The notes beneath the pieces are model-generated. The model was not told the DNA's origin and did not search any database. It saw only the letters and a program-made list of their open reading frames with translations. Below, in pieces: positions 55,391-64,000 of a stretch of DNA of 64,000 bases. Each line of letters begins with the position of its first letter. Within the stretch, counting starts at the first letter, position 1. The stretch is from Candidatus Hadarchaeota archaeon (GTDB lineage Archaea > Hadarchaeota > Hadarchaeia > Hadarchaeales > Hadarchaeaceae): positions 40,246 through 104,245 of the forward strand of contig CAZESD010000001.1 of assembly GCA_964514945.1 (NCBI GenBank), read 5' to 3'. The position numbers and the translations under genes are program-made.

Positions 55391-56548
55391 TTGAGGTCTT
55401 TTTCCTTATCCGCTGGCGAGATACTTACTCCTTATAAAAAAATAAAAAATGGCGTTGTCACGATAGAGAACGGCATAATAACGGACGTCAGGGAGCGGGG
55501 AACCGAAAAAATCTCTTCAGATTTCTCCGAATCGATAATTGTTCCCGGTTTTATAGATGTACATATCCACGGGATCGCAGGTGTAGACGTGATGGACGCC
55601 ACGGTTGAGTCAATGGATAAGATGAGAAAATCATTAGTAAATCATGGCGTAACTGCCTTTTGTCCCACTTCGGATACGGCTCCTCTCGATCATATAAAGA
55701 AGGCTTTGAAAACTATTAATGTTAGTAAAAAATCCAATGCTAGAGCGCTTGGAGCACACTTGGAGGGCCCCTTCCTAAGCCCAGAAAAACCCGGCGCGAT
55801 GATAGCCGAAGATTTACGAACGCCGAACATAGATGAGTTTGATGCACTCTGGAATACATCAAAAAAATCCATTAAGTTAATAACGATAGCTCCCGAAGTA
55901 CCCGGAGCAATCAAACTCATAAAACATGCATCCTCACTAGGCGTTACAGTATCCCTTGGTCATTCAAACGCCACATACGAAGAAACATTAGCTGGCATAA
56001 GGGCGGGAGCAACTCATGCTACTCATTTGTTTAATGCCATGCGTGCGTATCATCATAGAGAACCGGGGATTTTAGGGGCTGTTTTGGAAAATCCCAAAGT
56101 TTCGGTGGAGCTTATTATGGATTTTGTTCATGTGCATCCATCAATAACCCGGTTAGTCTGCAAGTTAAAACCAAAAGATAAAGTTATCCTCATAACGGAT
56201 GCTATACGGGCCACAGATATGCCTGATGGCGTATATGAGAACAGATATGAATTGCATGTGAAGAATGGCGAAGTTAGGCTTCCCGATGGTACGCTAGCTG
56301 GAAGCACTTTAACTTTAGATAAAGCCTTACGCAATTTAGTATTTGAACTTGAGATATCACTTAAGGACGCCGTAACCATGATGACAGTAAACCCCGCCAA
56401 GGACATAAGAGTCGACGATGAAGTCGGAAGCATCGAAGTTGGAAAGCGTGCGGACCTTGTGATTTTAGATAAAAACTTAAATGTAATGAAGACGATTGTC
56501 GGTGGCGAGATTGTATTTGAGAACTTGAAACCCAAGAGGTTTAGATAA
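55391..56548 (+). CDS. nagA: N-acetylglucosamine-6-phosphate deacetylase
   Basis: ORF 55343..56548. TTG 55391 is preferred (GGGGGTGAT 4 nt upstream). 'VPGFIDVHIHG', 'GAHLEGPFLS', 'SLGHSNATY', 'THLFNAM', 'LITDAIRA'. Confidence 0.85.
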   Translation: MRSFSLSAGEILTPYKKIKNGVVTIENGIITDVRERGTEKISSDFSESIIVPGFIDVHIHGIAGVDVMDATVESMDKMRKSLVNHGVTAFCPTSDTAPLDHIKKALKTINVSKKSNARALGAHLEGPFLSPEKPGAMIAEDLRTPNIDEFDALWNTSKKSIKLITIAPEVPGAIKLIKHASSLGVTVSLGHSNATYEETLAGIRAGATHATHLFNAMRAYHHREPGILGAVLENPKVSVELIMDFVHVHPSITRLVCKLKPKDKVILITDAIRATDMPDGVYENRYELHVKNGEVRLPDGTLAGSTLTLDKALRNLVFELEISLKDAVTMMTVNPAKDIRVDDEVGSIEVGKRADLVILDKNLNVMKTIVGGEIVFENLKPKRFR

Positions 56549-56641
56549 ACCTGGGATCCTAATTTAGGCCAATTTTAAACAATTTCTCTTGCCTTATTAT
56601 TCCTTGAAATCAAATTATGCAAGTTCCAAAAAAAAAGAAAA

Positions 56642-56662
56642 GGGGGAGATCACATCTCCCCC
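56642..56662 (-). terminator. Perfect 9-bp hairpin plus T-run (intrinsic-terminator-like) on the reverse strand
   Basis: GGGGGAGAT-(CAC/GTG)-ATCTCCCCC. On the reverse strand it is followed by TTTTCTTTTTTTTT (plus-strand A-run 56627-56641). Confidence 0.55.
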
Positions 56663-56679
56663 ACTATTCAACCTCCAAT

Positions 56680-56790
56680 TTACACCCAGTTTACCATGTT
56701 ATCGATCATTGCCCAGGTCAGACGATCTGCCGTGTCGTCCCACGCCGAATTTTCTATGACGCTAGTGATGATGTAGCTCGTGCCGGCCAC
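56680..56790 (-). other. 36-codon reverse-strand ORF or gene remnant ending just before the hairpin
   Basis: GTG...TAA frame reads 'MAGTSYIITSVIENSAWDDTADRLTWAMIDNMVNWV'. It is a local GC-richer patch inside an AT-rich spacer, too short for the ORF track, and I recognise no family. Confidence 0.25.
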
Positions 56791-57012
56791 CCCTTTGTAC
56801 GCATTTCGTTATATTTTAATGTTTTAAATATCTTTTTTTCCTAGCAAAAGCAAAAAAATCGCTCATCAAAATGCGTTTTTATTACTTTTTCTTAAATTTT
56901 AAACATAAATTTTTATAAAATTACTATTATTATCCAAAAATTGACCTAAATAATATAAATAATAATTAAATAGTAAAAAAACAAAATACCTATGCAAAAT
57001 TAAAAAGGAGGT

Positions 57013-57123
57013 ATGAAAATTAAACCATTAAAATCTCTAGCGTCTTTAGTAGTAGTAGCAATTGTATCTAGCCTTGCATTTTACTCGATAGCATTCCTGC
57101 CCCCATTATCTTTTATTTTTTGA
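57013..57123 (+). CDS. Candidate small hydrophobic peptide (36 aa)
   Basis: Strong SD AAGGAGGT directly upstream of the ATG. 'MKIKPLKSLASLVVVAIVSSLAFYSIAFLPPLSFIF' is a basic N-terminus plus one TM-length hydrophobic stretch. Too short for the ORF track. Confidence 0.35.
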   Translation: MKIKPLKSLASLVVVAIVSSLAFYSIAFLPPLSFIF

Positions 57124-57299
57124 AGATTCCCCAAGCTTTTTAAAAACTTTTTTCACCATGTTTGTCGAATAAACCTCTAGGATAACAAAATCCGCGCAAA
57201 GATAGTCTTCATTCTAGGTACCTCGCTGACTAGCCGACATATGTATGCCGCTTGAGGGCAGCGAGTTTAAGCTATCAAGTGAAAACAAATCTGGTGTTC

Positions 57300-58073
57300 A
57301 TGAAACGATTTTGCTACAGGTGTGGCGCACTCGAAGCACAACAAGGCCCATTGATCCAAGGCCTGTGCCAGCGTTGCTTCGCCGAGGAGAACCGTCTCCT
57401 CCAAGCACCGGCGGAGCTTGAGGTCACGGTCTGCGGACGATGTGGGGCCCACTTGCTTGGAAAGAGATGGCATGAGGCGGAGGGGGGAGACGCCATCGCT
57501 AACGCAATTAGGGCGACCGTTCTCTCGAACCTAAAAGTTGCACGCCTGAGTGACGCGGGGACGAAGTTCTTCCACCCACGTGAGGTGCCTGAACTCGAGC
57601 TCTGGGTCGAGCCAAAACTAGCCGAGAGAGTAATCAACGTCAGGGCAAAAGGGAAAGTTCACGAGCTTCAGGTTAAGCCCCAGTTAGATGAAGCACGTAT
57701 AAAATTCATGCTCAAGCGGAGTACCTGCGATGTGTGCGGCCTCAAGAGTGCCCGCCACTACGAGGCGATCCTGCAAGTGCGAGGGAAGCTCACGAAGGAA
57801 AAGAGCTCTGAAGTCAAAAAAATACTTCAGCGACTCGCCATGAATGCAAGCAAACGAGAGCGAAATGCATTCATCGCCAAAGTCGAGGAGCGGCGGGAGG
57901 GTTTCGATCTCTACGTGAACCCAGTGAGCTTGGCGAGGCAAATGGCGTCGATGCTCAAATTGGAGTTTGGGGCCGAAATTAAAGAGAGCGCAAAGCTCAT
58001 AGGTCAAACCCGAGATGGCCGCCGAAAGTTTAGGTTCTCTATTCTCGTTAGGCTTCCGAGCGAAAAGAATTAG
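57300..58073 (+). CDS. NMD3-family protein (archaeal homolog of the 60S export adaptor)
   Basis: ATG 57300 inside ORF 57252..58073. N-terminal Zn clusters 'CYRCG...CQRCF...CGRCG'. NMD3 core 'ILQVRG'. Confidence 0.85.
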   Translation: MKRFCYRCGALEAQQGPLIQGLCQRCFAEENRLLQAPAELEVTVCGRCGAHLLGKRWHEAEGGDAIANAIRATVLSNLKVARLSDAGTKFFHPREVPELELWVEPKLAERVINVRAKGKVHELQVKPQLDEARIKFMLKRSTCDVCGLKSARHYEAILQVRGKLTKEKSSEVKKILQRLAMNASKRERNAFIAKVEERREGFDLYVNPVSLARQMASMLKLEFGAEIKESAKLIGQTRDGRRKFRFSILVRLPSEKN

Positions 58074-58114
58074 TTTTAAGCGGGGGAAAATCATAGCTTT
58101 TAAGGAGTGATTAG

Positions 58115-59794
58115 ATGGTCGAGCTAACGGGCTCAAAAGCGCTGTTCGAGGCGCTGAAGGCGGAGGGTGTAAAGCACATCTTCGGCATCCCGGGCGGGGC
58201 GATAATCCCGATTTACGATGCCCTCTACGATGTGCACGAGATTCGGCACATTCTAACGCGGCACGAGCAAGGCGCGGCGCACGCGGCCGATGGATATGCC
58301 CGGGCGCTTGGGAAGCAGGGAGTTTGCATGACGACCTCTGGACCCGGGGCGACGAACCTCACAACGGGCATCCTGAATGCCTACATGGACAGCTCGCCCG
58401 TGGTCGCGATAAGCGGACAGGTTCCAGCTCGAGCTCTAGGCACTGACGCTTTTCAAGAGGCAGATATGCTCAGCGTGATGTTGCCCATAACCAAGCACAA
58501 CTTCATCATCCACCGCGCCGAAGAGTTACCAAGCGTCGTCAAGCTTGCTTTCAAAATCGCAATCACGGGCAGGCCTGGCCCCGTGCACATTGACTTACCG
58601 AAAAGCGTGCAGGTGAGCAAGGCCAACTTTAAAATCCCTGCCAAGGTCAAGTACGAGAGGCCCCCAAAGCCGGCGCCTGAGGCTGGACAAATAAAAAAGG
58701 CGGTTGATATGCTCACCAAGGCCGAGCAACCAGTGATTTACGCGGGCGGGGGCGTGATATGGTCAAGTGCCTCGGCCAAGCTGGTTGAACTTGCAGAACT
58801 GCTCGGCGCTCCAGTGACGACTTCGCTGCTGGGCAAAGGATTGATACCTGAAGACCACCCGCTCGCGTTGGGGATGTTGGGGATGCATGGGCGGATGGCT
58901 GCGAACCTTGCGGTGACCGAGTCAGATGTGCTACTTGCTGTCGGGACACGTTTCAGCGATCGCTCCACTGGAGATGTGCGCTGCTTTGCCCCAAAGGCTA
59001 AGATTATCCACATCGACATCGACCCAGTTGAAATCGGCAAGAACGTTCGCGTTGACCTGCCGATAATCGGTGATGCGAAGCGATCATTAACTGCGATAAT
59101 CAAAGGACTTCGCTCCCACGCGAGACGAGGACGGACAAGCAAATGGATTGAGCGAGTAAAAAAGTTGCGCAGAGAGCTTGCTCCTAGAATGGACTACGAT
59201 GAGATCCCCATCAAACCACAGCGCGTCATCAAGGAGATAATGAGCGTACTCGATGAGAATGCTATTATAGTGACTGAGGTGGGACAGTGTCAGATGTGGA
59301 CCGCACACTTCTGTGTGGTACGGAAGCCCCGACACTTCATCTCCTCGGGTGGTTTAGGTACGATGGGTTTCGGATTCCCGGCCGCGATGGGTGTAAAGGT
59401 TGCGCGCCCGAAGTGCAATGTTGTAAACATCGCGGGGGACGGAAGCTTTCTGATGAACTCCCAAGAGCTGGCGACGGTTGTGGAGAACAAGATAAACGTT
59501 GTTTCGTGCATCTTTAACAATCGCTACTTGGGAATGGTCAAACAGTGGCAAGACATGTTCTTCCAAAAGCGCCGTTCCGCTACCTGTCTTGGTAAGGTAC
59601 CCGACTTCGTGAAACTCGCTGAAGCATACAACGCTTGGGGCGATCGTGCGACAAGACCGAGCGAGGTGGCACCAAAGCTGCGCGAGGCTCTGCGCTGTGG
59701 AAAGCCAGCGGTACTCGACATCCCGATTGACCCCGACGAACACGTTTTGCCGATGGTCCCCGCAGGAGGAAGAATCGACCAGATGTTAACATAG
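58115..59794 (+). CDS. ilvB: Acetolactate synthase large subunit
   Basis: 559 aa ThDP enzyme. 'HEQGAAHAADGYAR', 'GPGATNL', 'GLGTMGFGFPAAMG', 'GDGSFLMNSQEL'. Confidence 0.93.
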   Translation: MVELTGSKALFEALKAEGVKHIFGIPGGAIIPIYDALYDVHEIRHILTRHEQGAAHAADGYARALGKQGVCMTTSGPGATNLTTGILNAYMDSSPVVAISGQVPARALGTDAFQEADMLSVMLPITKHNFIIHRAEELPSVVKLAFKIAITGRPGPVHIDLPKSVQVSKANFKIPAKVKYERPPKPAPEAGQIKKAVDMLTKAEQPVIYAGGGVIWSSASAKLVELAELLGAPVTTSLLGKGLIPEDHPLALGMLGMHGRMAANLAVTESDVLLAVGTRFSDRSTGDVRCFAPKAKIIHIDIDPVEIGKNVRVDLPIIGDAKRSLTAIIKGLRSHARRGRTSKWIERVKKLRRELAPRMDYDEIPIKPQRVIKEIMSVLDENAIIVTEVGQCQMWTAHFCVVRKPRHFISSGGLGTMGFGFPAAMGVKVARPKCNVVNIAGDGSFLMNSQELATVVENKINVVSCIFNNRYLGMVKQWQDMFFQKRRSATCLGKVPDFVKLAEAYNAWGDRATRPSEVAPKLREALRCGKPAVLDIPIDPDEHVLPMVPAGGRIDQMLT

Positions 59795-59803
59795 GTGAGT
59801 AAG

Positions 59804-60283
59804 ATGAGGACCCGAATTTTTTCTGTGCTCTGCGAAAACGTCCCCGGAGTGATGATGCGGATATCACGCACCTTCACTCGGCGCCAGATCAACCTAGATT
59901 CGATCACAGTAGGAATCGAGCCTACCGGATTGGCACGAATCATCCTGATGTTCAAGGAAGACGACCGCATGGCCGAGTTCATGCGCAGGGTGCTAGTCCG
60001 CTTGGAGCCCATCTTGGATGTTGAGGTAATCGAGCCTGAGCGAAGCATCGTTCGAGAGGTGACGCTGTTAAAGACACGAAAACTGAATAATAAACAACTA
60101 TTGCGGATGGTTCAGCAAATCGAGCAGGCGGGTGGTCGGGTGCTTGAGTCCAAGGACAATAAGGTAATCGCTGAACTCAGCGGAGAGCATGACGAAATCG
60201 AACGTGTAATTAAAGCATTGGGCTCAAAATTACTGAAAGAGGTTGCTCGCTCGGGACAAGTTATTATATCGCGTGTAGGATAG
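59804..60283 (+). CDS. ilvN: Acetolactate synthase small (regulatory, ACT-domain) subunit
   Basis: ATG 59804 (GGTGA upstream) in ORF 59795..60283. 'FSVLCENVPGVMMRISRTFTRRQINLDSITVG'. Confidence 0.88.
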   Translation: MRTRIFSVLCENVPGVMMRISRTFTRRQINLDSITVGIEPTGLARIILMFKEDDRMAEFMRRVLVRLEPILDVEVIEPERSIVREVTLLKTRKLNNKQLLRMVQQIEQAGGRVLESKDNKVIAELSGEHDEIERVIKALGSKLLKEVARSGQVIISRVG

Positions 60284-60299
60284 ATTATGGAGTGATGGT

Positions 60300-61286
60300 A
60301 TGGCGAAGATTTATTACGACCAGGACGCCGACCTGAGTGTACTCAAAGACAAGACCATAACAATCATAGGATACGGCAACCAAGGGCAGGCGCAATCCAA
60401 CAACCTCCGTGATTCCGGCTGCAAAGTGATTATTGGAAGCATAAAGGACCCAAGTTATGATAAAGCAGTAGCCGATGGATTTGAGGTCTATGATATCGCC
60501 GAAGCTGCGCGGCGGGGAGACATCGTTCATATGCTTATTCCCGACGAGTACCAGGCACAAGCTTACCTTGAGCATGTTTCTCAACAAATGAAAAAAGGTA
60601 AGGTGCTTTGCTTCAGTCACGGGTTCAACATCCACTTCAAACAGATCATTCCGCCCAACGATGTCGATGTGATCATGATTGCTCCGAAGGCACCGGGAGC
60701 GATCCTACGACGCATGTACCAGCAGGGTTCTGGGACACCGGGGTTGCTCGCGGTCGCCCAAGATCCCAGTGGCCAAGCGAAGCAGATTGCCCTAGCGCTC
60801 GCGAAAGGAGTTGGACTAACTCGAATCGGGGTGGTCGAGACAACATTCAAAGAGGAAGTTGAGACCGATCTCTTTGGGGAGCAAGTCGTGCTCGTGGGCG
60901 GAGTCTCGGAGCTAATGAAAGCTGGGTTTGAAACTTTAGTTGAAGCCGGATATCAGCCAGAAATAGCGTATTTCGAGTGCATCAATGAACTCAAGCTAAT
61001 CATCGACCTCGTTTACGAGCATGGAATCGAGGGGATGATGAAGGCCGTCAGTAACACCGCAGAGTATGGTGGCAGAATTAGGGGCAAGTGGGTAATCGAC
61101 GAACGCGCTCGTGAAGTGATGAAGAAGATCCTCGCGGATGTCCAAAGTGGCAAATTTGCGAAAGAATGGGTAGCTGAAAGTCAGGCGAAAATTCCAAACC
61201 TGCAGAAAATGCGTGAGGCTGCGAAAGAGCACCTCGTTGCAAAGGTTGGGCGAGATTTACGCAAGTGGGCCGGCATCGAAAAATGA
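60300..61286 (+). CDS. ilvC: Ketol-acid reductoisomerase (class I)
   Basis: 328 aa. 'IGYGNQGQAQSNNLRDSG', 'FSHGFNIHF', 'IAPKAPG', 'ETDLFGEQ'. Confidence 0.95.
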   Translation: MAKIYYDQDADLSVLKDKTITIIGYGNQGQAQSNNLRDSGCKVIIGSIKDPSYDKAVADGFEVYDIAEAARRGDIVHMLIPDEYQAQAYLEHVSQQMKKGKVLCFSHGFNIHFKQIIPPNDVDVIMIAPKAPGAILRRMYQQGSGTPGLLAVAQDPSGQAKQIALALAKGVGLTRIGVVETTFKEEVETDLFGEQVVLVGGVSELMKAGFETLVEAGYQPEIAYFECINELKLIIDLVYEHGIEGMMKAVSNTAEYGGRIRGKWVIDERAREVMKKILADVQSGKFAKEWVAESQAKIPNLQKMREAAKEHLVAKVGRDLRKWAGIEK

Positions 61287-61354
61287 TAAACGTATTTTTG
61301 TATCAGGAAAATTAAATAAAGCTTAAAGATGAAGCCTTCTAGGGGGTGGGGTCG

Positions 61355-63013
61355 ATGAAGCTTCGCAGCCGAGAGGTAGTTTCAGGTCTTGAAGGTTTAC
61401 CCCGACGTGCACTTCTAAAAGCCGATGGTTTAACCGACGCAGACATCGAACGCCCTTTTGTAGCGATAGCAAACTCTTACAACAATGTGATCCCTGGGCA
61501 CCTGCACCTCCGAGAACTGGGCGAGGCAGTTGCAGCTGGCATTCGTGCGGCTGGGGGGACACCTTTCGAGTTCAATACCATCGGCATATGTGATGGTATA
61601 GCGATGGGCACGCAAGGTATGTGCTTTTCGCTCCCTTCACGAGAGGTAATAGCTAACAGCCTAGAGCTCATGTTGGAAGCTCATCGTTTCGATGCGGTAG
61701 TCTCCATTGCGAGCTGTGACAAAATCGTGCCTGGTATGCTCATGGCTCTCGCACGAGTTAACATTCCTGCGATTATGCTCACGGGGGGCCCGATGGTGCC
61801 CGGGAGGTGGCGGGGAAAACGTTTGGATGTCATAAGTGCATTCGAAGCAGTCGGGGCGGTTAAAGCTGGAAAGCTTAGCAAGCACGAGGCGAGAGAGATA
61901 GAGGATCGATGCTGCCCTGGTTGTGGCTCCTGTGCTGGCCTATTCACTGCGAATACTATGGCATGTTTGACTGAAGCGCTTGGGATGTCGCTGCCGGGAA
62001 CTGGTACCTCGCACGCTATAGACGCAAAAAAGAGACGCCTCGCAAAGCAGAGTGGCAAGCAAGTCATGGAGTTGTTGCGGCGCGGTATAACGTCTCGCAA
62101 GATTCTGACTCGTTCAGCTTTCGAAAATGCTATTATTGTCGACCTAGCGCTTGGGGGCTCAACTAACACTGTGCTTCATTTACTCGCGATCGCTCACGAT
62201 GCCGGCATCAAGCTTTGTTTAGACGTGTTCGATAGACTCAGCCGTCACACACCGCACATATGCAATCTGCGACCAAGCGGTGAGCACTATATGCTTGACC
62301 TAGAGCGGGCGGGCGGAGTGCCAGCACTCGTGAAGAGACTAGGTAAATTAGTTCGAGGAAGTCCGCTCACGGTCACGGGACGCCGAGTTCGGGATAATTT
62401 GAAATTTATGAAATTTTACGACTCTAAAATTATCAGACCGTTGACGAAGCCGTATCACCGCGAGGGTGGTATAGCGATCCTTTATGGCAACCTCGCCCCC
62501 AAGAGTGCGGTTGTCAAGTACGCTGGAGTAAGCCCGCGCATGTTACACCACCGTGGCCCCGCACGCGTTTTCGATCGCGAAGAGGATGCAACTAAGGCCA
62601 TTTTGAGCAAGCGAATCAAACACGGTGATGTCATCGTCATCCGCTACGAGGGGCCAAAGGGTGGTCCGGGGATGCGCGAGATGCTCGCCCCGACAGCTGC
62701 GGTCATTGGTATGGGGTTGGGTGACTCAGTCGCACTTATCACGGACGGCAGGTTCTCGGGTGGCACACACGGCGCGTGTATTGGACATGTCTCACCCGAA
62801 GCTGCAGAAGGTGGCCCAATAGCCATTGTGCAGGACGGTGACAAGATATTGATTGATATCAAACGGCGCAAGCTAGAACTGGTTTTGCCCGAGGCTGAGA
62901 TTAAGGCTAGACTTGAACGGTTCAAACCTCCCAGACCGCGGATTAAGAAAGGTTACCTCGCGCTTTATTCGCGCATCGTCAGCTCCGCAGTCGAGGGAGC
63001 GATTTTAAAGTAG
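61355..63013 (+). CDS. ilvD: Dihydroxy-acid dehydratase
   Basis: ATG 61355 in ORF 61346..63013. '[11 protein letters not shown]', '[15 protein letters not shown]', '[13 protein letters not shown]'. Confidence 0.95.
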   Translation: MKLRSREVVSGLEGLPRRALLKADGLTDADIERPFVAIANSYNNVIPGHLHLRELGEAVAAGIRAAGGTPFEFNTIGICDGIAMGTQGMCFSLPSREVIANSLELMLEAHRFDAVVSIASCDKIVPGMLMALARVNIPAIMLTGGPMVPGRWRGKRLDVISAFEAVGAVKAGKLSKHEAREIEDRCCPGCGSCAGLFTANTMACLTEALGMSLPGTGTSHAIDAKKRRLAKQSGKQVMELLRRGITSRKILTRSAFENAIIVDLALGGSTNTVLHLLAIAHDAGIKLCLDVFDRLSRHTPHICNLRPSGEHYMLDLERAGGVPALVKRLGKLVRGSPLTVTGRRVRDNLKFMKFYDSKIIRPLTKPYHREGGIAILYGNLAPKSAVVKYAGVSPRMLHHRGPARVFDREEDATKAILSKRIKHGDVIVIRYEGPKGGPGMREMLAPTAAVIGMGLGDSVALITDGRFSGGTHGACIGHVSPEAAEGGPIAIVQDGDKILIDIKRRKLELVLPEAEIKARLERFKPPRPRIKKGYLALYSRIVSSAVEGAILK

Positions 63014-63163
63014 CGATAAATCCTAGATGTCTTGTAAAGAGCCACGTCGAAAATCTAAGTATCTCCGACCCTTTGGTTGGGTAAATAAAAAGATTATATA
63101 TGTAAAAATCTAAGAATACAAAGTTAAACGGTATAAGGGAAACATTTGGTGGAAAGTGTTCAC

Positions 63164-64000
63164 ATGAGCATGACCATAACTGAGAAAATTTTTGCTCGAG
63201 CTTCGGATAGAAAAAGCGTTAGCCCTGGTGAAATCGTCGAGGCAAAAATCGATGCGGCGATGGTACATGATCTCACAGGCCCTTTAGCTATCCATATATT
63301 TCGCGAGATAGGCGCCGCTAAGGTTTGGGACCCTAACAAAATTGTCATGGTGTGCGACCACCAAGTTCCAGCGAATTCGATAGATGCGGCACAGAATCAT
63401 ATGGTGTTAAGGAAGTTCGCTTCTGAGCAAAAGATTCAAAACTTTTACGACATATTTGAAGGTATTTGCCACCAAGTTGTCCCTGAAAAAGGTTTTGCGC
63501 TGCCCGGATGTTTGATTGTGGGGGCTGATTCACACACGACAACATACGGCGCGCTTGGATGTGTTTCGACAGGCGTAGGCGCGACTGACATGGCTGCCGT
63601 TTTCGCGGCTGGAAAATTGTGGTTCCGAGTTCCTGAGAACATCAAAATTGTGTTAGAAAAAAAGCTGCCTAAACGAGTGATGGCAAAGGACGTTATTCTA
63701 AAAATAATCGGAGATTTGAGCACAGAAGGCGCAAACTATTGCTCTGTGGAGTTCACGGGTCAAGGTATGCGTAATATCACAATGGACAGCCGCATGACGA
63801 TGTGCAACATGGGAGTGGAAATGGGGACAAAGAACGCGATCGTACCCCCGGATGAAGTAACAAAAAAGTACCTTGCAGGGCGGGCCAAGCAGCGTTATAG
63901 CGCAGTGTATAGCGATTCGGGTGCTCAATACATAGAAACATACACATACGATTTGTCTGAGCTTGAACCCCAAGTTGCATGTCCCCACAGCGTGGATAAT
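63164..64000 (+). CDS. leuC: 3-isopropylmalate (or homoaconitate) dehydratase large subunit, 3'-truncated by the window end
   Basis: Not in the ORF track (no stop). ATG 63164, open for 279 codons to the window end. 'MTITEKIFA', 'VHDLTGP', 'VCDHQVP', 'GICHQV', 'VGADSHTTTYGALG'. Confidence 0.88.
   Translation, partial: MSMTITEKIFARASDRKSVSPGEIVEAKIDAAMVHDLTGPLAIHIFREIGAAKVWDPNKIVMVCDHQVPANSIDAAQNHMVLRKFASEQKIQNFYDIFEGICHQVVPEKGFALPGCLIVGADSHTTTYGALGCVSTGVGATDMAAVFAAGKLWFRVPENIKIVLEKKLPKRVMAKDVILKIIGDLSTEGANYCSVEFTGQGMRNITMDSRMTMCNMGVEMGTKNAIVPPDEVTKKYLAGRAKQRYSAVYSDSGAQYIETYTYDLSELEPQVACPHSVDN

Overview
Archaeal chromosomal window. The archaeal markers are RadA, ABCE1, an Sm protein, NMD3, archaeal-type ProRS, ThrRS with the archaeal DTD-like editing domain, and a pantoate-kinase CoA route. 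The lineage cannot be fixed from sequence alone. The window has three parts. (i) 1-20.4 kb is higher-GC core: PadR, a Zn-ribbon/Hjc-like nuclease, myo-inositol-1-P synthase translationally coupled to a PfkB kinase, proS, an M24 Xaa-Pro peptidase, a SAM methyltransferase, pncA/pncB, proBA, PPAT-CoaBC-pantoate kinase, nitroreductase, ABCE1, Sm, radA, MFS and thrS. (ii) About 20.45-57.25 kb is a visibly lower-GC accessory island with strong GGAGGTGAT-type Shine-Dalgarno sites. It carries two paralogous DMT transporters, a FucI-like isomerase, MFS, a ChbG/YdjC deacetylase, a cytoplasmic GH9, an amidinotransferase-like enzyme plus DUF3830, and a Dpp/Opp-type ABC system with a C-terminally anchored binding protein. 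It also carries an amidohydrolase, a beta-lactamase-like serine hydrolase, an F420/LLM oxidoreductase, an apparently circularly permuted CE4 deacetylase, a ROK kinase and an LctBCD-like module (FAD oxidase plus bifurcating-type EtfAB). The remaining genes are two UPF0309 SIS proteins, NagB, a PPi-type PFK, an aldose epimerase, a GH42/35-like hydrolase and NagA. The island also holds much gene debris: two GH1 3'-end remnants, a frameshifted and truncated 2-hydroxyacid dehydrogenase, a MalK TOBE fragment, and a duplicated 5' fragment of the serine hydrolase. (iii) 57.25-64 kb is core again: NMD3, ilvB-ilvN-ilvC-ilvD and a leuC-like gene cut by the window end. I recognised no rRNA, tRNA, CRISPR array, integrase or transposase. 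The best candidate for something new is the island read as an amino-sugar (chitin and/or murein-derived) oligosaccharide catabolic system. It mixes bacterial-type and archaeal-type modules. Two uncharacterised SIS proteins sit at key positions, one divergently paired with the lactate-dehydrogenase/ETF module. A three-copy portable promoter/leader cassette suggests a shared regulon.
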